Source: the human T2T-CHM13v2.0 reference genome, Homo sapiens. Taken from it: DNA of 64,000 nucleotides. A model generated the notes under the pieces. That model saw only the letters and a list, made by a program, of their open reading frames with translations, was not told the origin of the DNA and did not search any database. The position numbers and the translations under genes are program-made. Of the stretch, positions 30,881 through 44,989 are shown in pieces (the stretch's first letter is position 1; the number at the start of each line of letters is the position of its first letter). The stretch lies in assembly GCF_009914755.1 (NCBI RefSeq), contig NC_060942.1; one strand, given 5' to 3'.

Positions 30881-30944
30881 AAAAAATAAAAGAAAGCAAT
30901 AACCAGGTTCTAGAATTAATTCTTTATTTGAATGTTGATACCAT

Positions 30945-31090
30945 TTTTTATTTATTATTATTATTTAAAGATTTTTTTCCATTTTCATTGTGGCAAGATA
31001 CACATTGTAAATTTACCATCTTAACATTTTAACTGTATAGTTTAGCAATATTAAGTACATTCATAACATTGTGCAACAATCACCACCATA
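30945..31090 (-). mobile_element. L1MB-type 3' end fragment
   Basis: aatttaccatcttaacattttaactgtatagttt..attaagtacattcataacattgtgcaacaatcaccacc. Flanking ATTAATTCTTT duplication. Confidence 0.75.
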
Positions 31091-31199
31091 TGATTAATTC
31101 TTTGCATGAGGATTTCCTCAATGACTTGGAGGCTAGAAAAGTGAAACAGGCCGAGTATCCATCTTCGAGTTGGGCTTCTGCCTAGGGTAGTAGTCATAA

Positions 31200-32054
31200 T
31201 GATAGGGACATAGGGAAGAGAAATTCTAGGCAGAAAAGTGCAGGTCCCTGGTGAAACACCACCCTCCAGCTGAAAAGCCTGAAACCGCAGCCTAAAGTGA
31301 GAACTTATATCCCTGTTTTCCGGCTTGAATGTTGCATTTTCCTAAACCACCCATGGCACCGTCCTGCCCCATCCTGTGCCTATAAAAACCCAGACTCAGC
31401 TGGTAGATGGGACTATGGCTGGACATCAGAGAGAATCAGCTTGACTTCAGAGGGACAGCCTGACAGGATAACTTTGGAGAAGAATCCAGCTGGAGACGGC
31501 TGCACTTCAGGGATAGATTACCTACCCGCCCCATCCCCTTTTCAACTCCCTTTCCTGTTGAGAGTTACTTTCATTGGCAATCAAATTTCCTGCATTTACC
31601 ATCCTTCAATTTGTTCATGCGACCTCATTTTTCCTGGACGCCAGACAAGAGCTTGGGAGCCATGAGTGTGGATACAAAAGACTGTCACACTGGCCCTTTG
31701 CCCTCACTGGCTGAGGGCAGCCGCCTCATGCAAAAAGGAAAGGGGCCCAATGAACTGTTAACACTTAATCCACGGAAGGCAAAGCTAAAAGAGCACTGTG
31801 GCATGCCTCTGGGGCTCCGGGAGTTGCAGGCACCACCGCCTGGATGCTACCGCGGGGCCTGCACAGAATTTCACTCCTGCCGGCGCCAAAGCGGCTGGCT
31901 GGTTCCGCCGCTCGTTCTTGGACTAATTCACTCCAGTTCTTGCACTAATTCACTCACTCGCTTCCTCCCGTGAGGAGTTTGGAGTGGCGGGCTGAGTAAA
32001 TGAGGCACCCCTGTCACGAGTCCTGTGAAGGGGTCGGGGAAATATCCTGCTTTG
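31200..32054 (+). mobile_element. MER50-family ERV1 solo LTR, inserted in a MIR
   Basis: Starts TGATAGGGAC..gagaaattctaggcagaaaag. TATA-like CTATAAAAA at ~31380. Ends aaatatcctgctttg. 4-bp TSD ATAA/GTAA. Confidence 0.85.
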
Positions 32055-33169
32055 GTAACAACGACTTACATTCATACAGCTTCTCACGGTTTGCCAGATG
32101 TTTGCATATTCATTATCTCATTTGACCCTCCCTCATCATCACCCTGGGACATACAGAAGGTTCTGTCATGGGAGGAGGAGGAACCTCCATGCTTGGCCAC
32201 TGCCTCCCTCCCATGCTGAGTCCTCTCCCTGAGTGGGATGTCATGACGCAGCCCGTGTGTGCCTATAGCAGAATGAGATTTCAGCATAGAATGACTGACA
32301 GCCTAACAACCATGTACCTTACTTCTTCTTAAGGAAAGGCAGAGAATAAAATCTGTCCAGAGGAAAATGACTGTTTTATCACTGGTCATGAGCCTTGATG
32401 GCCTCGTAAGACTCAAATAACCTAAGCTAAGGCCAAGAACCTGGGCCTGTGAGGGGAGGGTTGGAAGGTGGGCAGGGAATTTGAACTGCATGTATGTTGG
32501 ATAGGTAGCCTCTCGGTGGCTTCATCTGCAGCACTGCCTCCTGCCCATCTGCCCTCGAGAGACCGGCCTCCTCCATGGCCAAGTTGTTGTGATGCTGCCA
32601 CAGATATAACAAGATCCTTTGCCTGGGTACCATGAATGAGAGTCTCTTTGCCTTTTCCAGCCTGATATCATGCAATGTCCTCTGAGTAGAAGGGGATTAA
32701 TCGTCCATCTGCTATCTACTGGTTTCAGTCCACATAAATGTCTCTGACCTGGATCTTGCCATAAGGGTTATTTGCTGTCTTTTACCTCTGTCTTTTGGCA
32801 ATAGGGGTTTGGGCTATAGGGATGGGCTCTGACACATCCCCCTGCACTAAATTATTCAACATTCCTCTTATCTTTGCAGAGAAGGAGACTGAGGCCCAAG
32901 AAAGGAAATAAACCAAATATACAAAGAAAAGGAAATGATAAACTTGTGACTAAACATCAAATTTGCTTCCAAAGTTCCCAGCCGCTTGATATCAGAGGGC
33001 AACATGATGTGCCGTATAGACTTCATTTTGGAGAATTTAATATACCTGCTAGTTTTTCAGGTATATGTCCTTCCAGTGCCAACTGTATAGCCTCTATTCC
33101 ATTTCTTTTCCTTCATAGCAAATTTCATTATTTTTTAGAAACAAAATTTTCTGATTATAAAAATAATAA

Positions 33170-33700
33170 ATGCTAATTTATTAACAACACAGGAAAATGC
33201 AAATTTTAAGAGGTTCTTCTGTAACTTTTGACATTTTTATGTATTTCTTTCCTGCCTTTCTCTTTGCATATAAATAATATACATTATACATAACAACTTT
33301 ATAATCATATTTATAGCCTGGTGCTTTTTATTGGATTCATTATAAATATTCATGTCATTAAAAATTTCTTTCAAAATATCATGTACATTGGCTGGAACAA
33401 TATTCCACCATGAAGACATACCATAATTTATTTAACAATTCCTCTGTTGCTTGATATTCACACTGTTGCCAGCATTTCTCTATTATAAATAAAGCTGCAA
33501 TTATCATACTCCTACCTAAATCTTTGTCAGTATCTCTAATTATTTCCTTTGGATAGATACCTAGAAGTGAAAAATCTAGGTCAAAGCTTAGCAACATTGT
33601 AACACATTTGATTGTGTGTGATACACAGTTGGTCAAAACTTCTCGAAATAAATGTCTGTATTTGATGTCACCATGCCTTTCCCCTTTTCTCCCGCGCTGC
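33170..33700 (-). mobile_element. L1ME-type fragment
   Basis: ccataatttatttaacaattcctctgttg..atttcctttggatagatacctagaagtgaaaaatctaggtcaaag. Confidence 0.65.
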
Positions 33701-33894
33701 CTGGCTTTTGCCCGCTCTGTGTCTCTGAAATGGCTCTCCTGAAAAATCTCATGTGTGTTTTTCAGTCTCATAACACTTGACTCCCTCATAGCATTTGTAC
33801 TGTCAGCTACCCACTCTTCCTCAAAACTCTATTTCTTTGACTTCTGGATTCCTTTCTTTCTTATTTATCTTACTGGTTTTCTGACACACCTGCC

Positions 33895-34407
33895 AAGACT
33901 CAGGAACTATTCTGGCTGTCAGTAACAGAAGAACCTGCTAACAGTGACTGAAGTGAACAAGGACTTATTTTTCTTGCACAACAGAAGACGACATATAGCT
34001 GCCAAAGTTGGCTTAGTTGCTCACTGATGCTAGGTCCAGTATCTCTGAGATTCTCTTGGTATTCCCTTCATGCTTGTTGCCTCAAGATCACAATGTGGCT
34101 GCTGCAGCACTAGGCATCACATCCACATTCAAGAAAGAAAAAATGAGGCAACCTCTCCCTTTTTGCAATCATTTTATTCAGGAAGCATGTTCTCTTTAGC
34201 AGGCCTCCTGCTGTGTTTCATCAGCCAGAACTGGGTCACATATCAGGCTGTAAGCCAATCTTGATTCATCCTCTGGAGGCCTGGGATGGTGTTACCTTCC
34301 TGAAATCAAGAGACTCAACCTGAACAAATCAATGTTGTTTTGGTAGGAAAAGGGGATGGTAGAGTGTGGAGAATGGCTTTGCATGGACATTGAAGAGAGT
34401 TGCTGCA
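33895..34407 (-). mobile_element. Old MaLR LTR (MLT1J/K/L-like)
   Basis: ggctgtcagtaacagaa..aatgtggctgctgcagcactaggcatcacatcc..gccagaactgggtcacat. Confidence 0.65.
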
Positions 34408-34799
34408 ATTGTTGATTTTAGATTCCTTCCTTAACCCTCTTCCTATTTGAGATGCTTCCTAGGAATATCAACCATAAACCCAGATTCCCCTCCTACCCAC
34501 AACATGATGATAGTTCAAAACCTGAATCTCCAGCTCAGGGTCCAGCACCCTCACGGTATTTCTCTTGAGATTCTTCAGGTATCAGAAACCCACTTTCTCT
34601 GTGATGAATTTTCCCAAACTTGTCCCAATTTTACCTACTCCAGGGGCTTTCAAATGTATTTTAATATCAGAACTTTTTTTTTTGTTTTAAATGGACATTA
34701 CATGGAAAGACATTACATAAAGCAGATACTTTTATTTCTATCTTGCAGTCCTCCTCCTCATGGGGTGGGTGGGAGAAGGGTTGTGCATCTCTGGGAATC

Positions 34800-35094
34800 T
34801 TTTTTTTTTTTTCTATTTAGAGTCCAGTTCTTGCTCTGTTGCCTAAGTTGGAATGGAGTGGCATGATTGTGGCTCACTGCAGCCTCAAACCCCTGGGCTC
34901 AAGTGATCCTCCCATTTCAGTCTCCTGAGTAGCTAGGACTACAGGAATGCACCACCATGTCCTGCTGATTTTTTGAAAAATTTTTGGTAGAGATGGGGTC
35001 TCACTATGTTGCCCAGGCTGGTTTCAAACTCCTAACCTCAAGAAATCCTATCTCAGCCTCCCAAATTCCTGGGATTACAGGCACCATACCTGGT
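34800..35094 (-). mobile_element. AluJ
   Basis: Diverged antisense Alu (gcctcaaacccctgggctcaagtgatcctccc). Confidence 0.93.
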
Positions 35095-35129
35095 TTCAAT
35101 CTCTTGGAATCTTTAGGACATTGACAAAC

Positions 35130-35680
35130 AGAGGTTATCCTGATGCCTTGGCCTGGAATCCCCCAAAGCAGATCCTAAGACAAATGCTTATCTGATACCA
35201 CTCTATTAGGGAGTGTGGGCAGTCCCAGGGAAATAGGAGTGAGGAGAAAGGCGAGTCTTTCCAGTCTTCCAGGGCAGGGAAGGAGGGAGAGAAAATATGC
35301 AATCACACTAAGGAGCTAGTCAGCACTTGGCATCCCCCTCAATTGATTGCCTCATTTGCCAGACCCTCTTCTGAGTGTCCATATGAGCTGTTGCATCTTA
35401 GGACAATCCATCTCTGGGGAGAATATGAGAAAAGTGTATCTGCTGGCTCCTGAGCCCATTGGTCAAAACATCACCTTCCCATTATACGCAGGGTCTTGGT
35501 AGCATCTCACACTTCAGGGGCAGCAGATGAGCCTCAGAGCAGGAGGTTAGAAGTGCGCAGCATGAATAAGAGGTGAGGTAATGTTGAGGGTACCTGAGCA
35601 GGGACAGTCCCTGAGGTGGCCAGCCAAAATAATGTGAGGCCACAAAGATCTGAGGTGATACACAGAAGGAGTCTGATATA
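35130..35680 (-). mobile_element. Old ERVL LTR (LTR41/LTR40-like)
   Basis: cccaaagcagatcctaagacaa..cccagggaaataggagtgagga..cccattggtcaaa. Family uncertain. Confidence 0.5.
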
Positions 35681-35689
35681 GTTGGTGAA

Positions 35690-35815
35690 CACCCCTATTA
35701 TACAGGTGAGAAAACTACAAGCCAGAGAGGGAAAGTGCCTTGTCCAGTCTTATACAGCTAGTTAGTGGTAGAATGCTGCACACTAGACTCTCAGGCTAGT
35801 GCTCCTTTATCCTGC
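35690..35815 (-). mobile_element. MIR fragment
   Basis: tatacaggtgagaaaactacaagccagagagggaaagtgccttgtccagtc..cagctagttagtggtaga. Confidence 0.65.
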
Positions 35816-36710
35816 TAAGCTCTCATTGCATGCATTTTTTTTACCTGTTTTTCTCTTGAAGACTCAAGAAAGCATCATCAAAGCCCTGACCTTTCTCAAC
35901 TGAATATTCTAAGTGGCTTTGGTATCAGCTTTATCCAACACAGACTGTGTGCACATTTTAATTGGAGCATTTTTTGTTTGTTCGTTTGTTAACCAGGTTC
36001 CTTTAGAGTTAGGCAAAGGAAACTTCCACTTCCACAGTGAAGGGGAAGACTATTATTATCAGCCACATCTGCCAATATTAGGTAGAGGCTTTGTTCGTCT
36101 TTGCCACAATTGGGCAGCAGCCATCCTTATTTAATAAAATACTGAGGATAATTCTAAACTGAGAGTGATGTACCAAACTTAGACGAATGCTTTATAGTTT
36201 CATATTCTTTTTAATATTGAAAATTGCCATTTACAGTTCCCTTTCTTTTACAAAATCCTTTTCTGTGATTGACGTGGTATACATTAGGCATAACTATAAT
36301 AATCATAGATTTTCTTCCAGAAAACAAAACCAAACTGGGGAATAGGTATTAACAATGCATAAAGAAGTCATACTTGTACTACAGAGAAAGGTGGGAATTA
36401 GTTACCTTGTTTTAGACCCTGGACCTTTCTAAGAATTGTTATTCTGTGAAATGATTTCCTGAGGCTGGCCACCTCCTAGGAGATGATACTGAAGTACAGA
36501 GGGCCCTTGAACAATACGGGTTTGAACTGTGTGGGTCCACTTATATGTGGATTTTCTTCTACTTCTGCCACCCCAGAGACAGAACTACCCCTCCTCTTCT
36601 TCCTCCTCCTGAGCCTACCCAAAGTGAAGATGACAAGGATGGGGATCTTTATAACGATCTACTTCCACTTAATGAATAGTGAATATACTTTCTCCTCCTT
36701 ATGATTTTCT

Positions 36711-37732
<1,022 letters not shown>

Positions 37733-37884
37733 TCCTTATGATGTTTTTAAGAACATTTTTTCCTCTAGCTTACTTTATTGTAAGGATATAGTATATAATA
37801 CATATAAAATAAAACATATGTGTCAATCAACTGTTTATGTTATTGGTAAGGCTTCCAGTCAACAGTAGGCTATTAGTAGTATTC

Positions 37885-38562
37885 AACTAGAGATCATACC
37901 ACTGACAGAATAGACTCCTTGTGGCAATAATATACCCAATTATAAACAAGACCTAAGGCCACTCTAGGCAAGGGTTAAGTCATGTACCCCCTACACTTAA
38001 AAAAAAACTATGTACTGCCACAAAGTTTCTTCTCTTTCTCTATCAGCTAAACAAGCACTAGCCTCAAGACAAGCAATGTTGAAATAATTGCAGCTCACTG
38101 CCAGATGCTGACTGACATTCCCCCCACCATTCCACAAGCCATAATTACAGCTTTGATTGGATACAAGAGTGATTTCAGTCATTTCATCCTGCTAAAAGAC
38201 CACTGACCATAGACTGGTTCTGGCTGGTTTACACAGGCTGTGCACTGAGTGCCTTCATGTCCTCTGCTTTACCTTTTGATGTATAGTGACGAATTGTAAT
38301 GCATTTAAATGTTAGGGGTCCACCTGAAAGTGAACATGGGCTGACCGTAATAGACATGTTTCATTACTACACATGCATGTATCCCCTCTTCATGAGTATT
38401 CATAGCTCCTTCTATAACCTGTTGAACATGTATGCTTGGCCAACCTGTTCAGTTTAAATCCTTATTCCATCTTACCCTCCCTCAAAGTGCCTGCTTTTGG
38501 TCTTTGCTGGAGGCTACACTTCTCAGCCTGTCAGAATGGCCAGCCTGTGTCAGGATGGCCAG
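37885..38562 (+). mobile_element. ERV1 LTR (LTR39-like), truncated
   Basis: gactccttgtggcaataa..ggcaagggttaagtca..cagctaaacaagcact..ttcatgagtattcatagctcct matches a recalled MER4-group LTR. Name tentative. Confidence 0.7.
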
Positions 38563-40779
38563 TGTAATTCACACTTTCTTGCAGAATTCAAGGACAATCC
38601 CACTAATTGACAGGCAGCAAGTAGCTGACATACTAGAGTGTTCTATAAAAACAAATGACACTGACTGACATGCAGGTATACACTCCTAATAAATTCACCA
38701 ATCCTTGCTTTCCTTCTGGGTACACATACTTCCTGGCCACTAGATAGCTTTTATGAGGACTCAGGTTTGTTCAAATTCTTTTTCCAAAGAAATGGAACTT
38801 CCTAAAAGATTTTAGGTTGTTATATTCTTGAATTGGTTGAGCAAAATGTGTCTTCTGATCTTTGATAGTTGACTGAATGTGCTGGTGAAATAACTGAAAT
38901 TCATTGTGCTTTCACTAAAGACTCGTGAGTGTGTCTGTGTGTTATTTATATTAAAAGTATTTAAAAACGCATTTGTATTTAATCTACCCAGTAATAATTT
39001 TTATTGTTTTCCCATGAAAATTACACAAGCAAGACTAACCATAAGAAATGCCATTACTAGTAAAATTTCTGATGCATAGACAGAGGCTGCCTTGGATGTG
39101 TGCTAAGGCTCATAGAATACAGACGATACAGTAATTTTAAGATGATGGTCTTCATAGAGCCAGAAACAATTTATTTTCAATTTTTGAAGTGAAAATTATT
39201 TCATCACTTAGAAACACATTTTTAAATGTCCCTTGAGGTTTTTTAGTTCCTGTAAACAACAACAACAACCATGTGTTGCTCATTTGAATTATAGCAGTGT
39301 ATTTCTTATCTGGCATTGGGAGAGTGAGGGATTGGAGATAGTGATCCAATTCCACATTTACTGAGTGCTGATGGAGTTGGTATGAGACTGCTTTCCATAT
39401 GTGTGCAACCCACATCCATGCTGAGAAAAGCTGGGGCCATGAACATGCTGACTTAGGGATAGGGAGGTGAGGCAGGACAGGAAGAGAACAAATAGACTAA
39501 GTTTAAAAGTTAGAACTGTGAATCTTTGTTCAGCGGGTTATAACCATCAGGGTGTAAATATATAACACTGTTCTAAGCATGTAGTAAGCACTCGATAATT
39601 AAGTGACTAGGACAAATATTAGATTAATTGTCTTCTAGGCTTCTGGATGTCAGGGACCATACTAGCTTGGCATGATCGTTGTTTGGGAATCTAAAACAAT
39701 AATGTATACTCAATGATTTGGGAATTGAAGGATGAAGTTCATAGATCACTCTGAGGCTGTTTAGCTCAATTAGGTACCAACAAGACACAGGCAGTAAGTT
39801 TTATGTCCATAAAGATATGGGCTATTCATCAAACCATGGATTACTTTTATAAGCATGAGCCACTGTTGGTGATAAAGAAAAACTCAAGCAACAGGATAAG
39901 GGGGAAAACTCAGAATATATTCTAATAACAGGATATTGTTTGTATGAGAGGAACAGGACATTTTAGCAGGTCAGGTGATGAATTAAAACAACTTGGAGAA
40001 ATGAACAAAAGAATCATTGGACTCTTTGGACTCTCAGGGAGAAATGACAAAAGAGTCAGACCTCAGTTAAATTCAAGTTTCTACACAGAGCACATGAAGG
40101 GAGGAAGTAGGGTACTGAATCTCAAATGTTTTTTGATCATGGGTCATAATTTAAAAACCATTTAATGGTGTGACCTATGGCATATATACATACAAACATA
40201 TATATCTGAAATTGTAATGTCATAAGTGATACTCTTATCATTTACAATGAACTCTGTTATTTTCTATTCTATTCTATTCCATCATTTCAAGAATACCAGC
40301 ACTATCTACCTAATTGATTTCACAGCCCATAATGGGTTATGATCTGTAGTTTGAAAAACACAGGGCTGGGTAAACACCAAAGGTAAGAAAATGTACTTAA
40401 AACTCTGGTGAGGACTTATCTATTATGGGTTGAAAGAAGAGACTGCTGGGATGGGCCAACCCAGTCAAGAAACTTCTGGGAAGTAAGCAGGCTGAGAGGT
40501 CTGCACTGCCTGTGGGAGTCAGGTGAGAGTGAAGATCTGCCCCAGGTGACCACTGGATACTGGTCACCTGGGTTAACTTGCTTTGAAGACATGCCAGAAT
40601 TTCTACCCAAACCTATAAGACATTGAGCATTTTGAGGGCTACAGAGGAAGAGGGGGGGATTGGTATCTGGTATCACCGAGTGATGCTAGTTACAAAGGAT
40701 CCTGGACAATGCTACCTTGATGCATGGTTACAATCTTTGCAGATCTTACAGAGGAAGTAATTTACACAGTAGGGACTCA

Positions 40780-41190
40780 ACTCTTCCCTGCTCAAAATGT
40801 TGAAAGAGCGTCTCATGATACTTAGGATAAAGGTCAAAATACTTGTGATGGGCTACAAACCCCTTGCACGGCTTGTGCCCTGCCTCTCTCTCCACCTGCT
40901 CTCCCCACCATCTATCCTACCCTGTAGCCTGTGAGACACTTTCAAACTTTCCAAACTTTTCCTTAGTGTCCCTCATACTGTTCCCTCTACTTGAGCCACT
41001 CTTCCTCTGTTCTTCAACCAATTTAATTTTTACTCCCACATGAAACCTTTCCTGATTCCCCAGATGAGAGTAGGTCCCCTTGTTAGACCCTTCACAGAGG
41101 AAAATCACTTATTTGTGTAAGCATGTATTTAATATCTCTCTCTCTTATTAGACTATGAGCTCTGTGAAAGCAGGGACTATGTCTGACAAA
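40780..41190 (+). mobile_element. L2 fragment
   Basis: cttccctgctcaaaa..aaacctttcctgattccc..tagactatgagctctgtgaaagcagggactatgtctg. Confidence 0.7.
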
Positions 41191-41699
41191 AGATAAAAAC
41201 ATCTACTTTAAATATCTTATCAGGAAACTGCATTTCATTTTCTTTGATAATATTTAGAATATCTTCTGAATCTATGCTTATATCACCTTTTTATTGATAA
41301 TATTAATTTTTTCTTTCTCTTTTCCTTAACCAGGCTTCTGAGGAGTTTACCTATTTCATTGTTCTTTTTAAACACCAGATTTTGGGTTTATTTATTCTTT
41401 TTACTATTTTTAGCAACACCACTACATTCTCCTATTAGTTCTAATAGTTCTTCTAAAAGAACTAGAGTCTGAAGGTTTTTAGTTGTGCAATTACAGCATT
41501 TACAATGAAACAATTTCTTTCTTCCTTTTCCATATTTGTATCTACTATTTCATTTTCATGTCTTACTGCTTTATTTTAGTCTCTAAAACAATATTAATAA
41601 TAGTGGTGATAGGAGGCATCTCTGTTGTATTCCTGAATTTGGTGGCTTTAGTACAGCTCCACTTTGTGTGCTGTTTGCTGTGTTGTTTTTAGTAGTTAG

Positions 41700-42517
<818 letters not shown>

Positions 42518-42519
42518 AG

Positions 42520-42777
42520 AAAGAGGCCTCATGCAGTATTCAGCCCTCTTGCCCTTCTGCCTTATGCCATATGAGGACACAGCATTCCTCCCCTCCAGAG
42601 GATGCAGCCATGAAGCGCCATCTTGGAAGCAGATACCTGACCCTCACCAGAGACCAATCCTGCCATTGCCTTGATCTTGGATTCCCAGCCTCCAGAACTG
42701 AGGGAAATACATTTCCGTTCATTATAAATTACCCAGTCTTAGGTATTCTGTTATAACAGCACAAACATATTAAGACA
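42520..42777 (+). mobile_element. MST/MLT1A-type MaLR LTR, 3' half
   Basis: gccatatgaggacacag..ccttgatcttggattcccagcctccagaactg..ataaattacccagtc..taagaca. Confidence 0.85.
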
Positions 42778-43128
42778 AGGAGGGAAGGCAGACTATGAGA
42801 GACAGGGACAGATGCTGGTAAGTGGGCCACTGTAGTCGCCTATTGTTTCTTTTTCTCCACAGACGTATAGCTTTCCTAGGTGATTCTCATAAGCGTGCAA
42901 GTGTGGAATCACTCGTCTATAGCTAGAACCAAGCAACTTACACAGCTTATCACTTCCTTCAATCAAGTTGATCCTACATCTTGGATCTCATCTCTCTTGT
43001 GATGAGGAAAGCCGTTTCCAGAAGAAAGAATGAAGAAAGTGTGATTTCAAATTCCTAGGCCCTAGATCCCACTCTATGAGAACAGCCCAGGCTGGTCTCA
43101 ACTTCATAGCTGGACAGGCTGGACCTAT

Positions 43129-43203
43129 GAGAAAAGAGAGGGAGGAAAGGAAAGGGAGAGGGAGAGGGAGAGGGAGGGAGGAACAGAAAGAGAGAGAAAG
43201 AGG
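43129..43203. repeat. Purine-rich (GA-type) low-complexity tract
   Basis: ~75 nt of almost exclusively G/A. Confidence 0.85.
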
Positions 43204-44989
43204 TAGATAAATAGAGACAAGGAGAAAAAACATCAGTCCTCTCCCAAGAAAGAAGCAACCCAAGAGGAAGAAGGGCACCTGGCTGCTCAGGGTATCCCCT
43301 CATCTAGAAGCCATGGTATAGTGGGTTCCTCAAACATGGCCAGTGCTTACCCCCGGAAGAGAGGCCACATGCAAAGTCATTGGCCCCGATGCCAACTCCT
43401 CCTGGGAACAGAAAGGGTGGGGTCAGGAATCTGTTTAATCACCTAAGTTGCTTCCCTCCTCTACCTAGATCTGAGTCAAAAACAGGTGCCATGGGAGACA
43501 AATTTAGCCAGCACAATATTTTTGAAAAGTATACCGAAATACCCTAAGCAAGGCAGACAGGGCACTTTTTTGCTCTGTGCAGCACCCCTTGCCCCCATAT
43601 CCTCCAGGGCTACTGTAGATGTGGGCACCCCTGGCCTAGCTACCGAGTTACAGCTTCTGGTGTCTAGTCACAGGCAGTAAGGAAATGCTGGCTCATTTTT
43701 TTTTCCTCCCAGAAAAAAAGTCTTCAAACAGAATGACCTGGTGAACTTCCCAACTCCAGAATTCTGTGCAGTTATTTTCTAGTGACTGACACCGACTTCA
43801 GCCAGCTGTTTCTTTAGAAGTCTTCCCTATGGAGTAAAAATAAGAAATAACTTGTTTCCTGATAGCAGCAAGGAGAACAGAACACCACTTTACCTGACAG
43901 TGGAGAGCCCCAGACAGATACTCGCTTCCTGTTCATTCCCCTGCCATCGTACGGTAATGGGCACTGATATTAAACATGCATATTTCACAGTCTCTTGTCC
44001 CGCGATTTGGAGGATGGCCATTCACTATGTATGAACCACTCACTCATGCTCATCACACAGAGAAAATTACATTTTCCCAGTTGCCAAATGGAAGAGATAA
44101 ATTATCTCACGTGGACAAGCACATTGCTCTCAAGAGCAGCTTCCAGACCTAAGATAAACAGATTAAAAAAAAAAAACAAAAACACGCTGGAGGGGGACTC
44201 TGAGCTTTCCAGGTGTTGATGGGGGTCAGTCTCTTCATTCGGACTCGCCAGATCCTCACTTTGCAGTTAGTGGGCTTAAAGTGGCGGGACATTTGCCCTT
44301 CTGTTTCTTTTGGATTAAATGAGCAGCCTTGGGGCCTCTTATTCTTCCTTCATAGAAGAGATGTTATAAAAATGAATAAATCAACACAAAACATTTCATA
44401 TTTATGCCTACTTGCTGAATTGATACTACTTGTAATGAAAATCAAGGAAGCAAAATGTTAAAATGTTCTCTTTGGGGAAGACACATTGGAATGTCTTACC
44501 ACAGATATACACACACTCGCTTGTTACACACTCCTTCCTTATCCCTAACTATTCTCTGAGGTTAATGAAGGTCCTGATAACTGCAGTCTCTAACTTAGCA
44601 TATCATCCTAAACCTACTACCTGCACACATAGGAGTCGCAGCGCAACTATGTACTAATGGCAGCCAACACTCATTACCCTTCATACCACCATCACTGTGC
44701 AAACCCTTAGTGCATTTTCCAATATGATCCCACAATCCTTCATTTTTATGTTTTGCCCACGCTAAAATTCGACAGCGAATTCTTGCAACAATTATTAAGC
44801 GTCTGGAATTGTATTAGGGTCTGGGGGTAGAGGTGGGGGACGAAGCGGGAATAACTGCAGTACACAGCAGACCCTATGAAAGTGCCAAAACGCAGGTCTC
44901 ACTCAGAAGGCTTTGGGAGTTGGGAGAGGAGAAGGCTCATGGGCAGCTAAAGCCACCAGTGACCTCATTATGCAATATTTAGGTTATCA

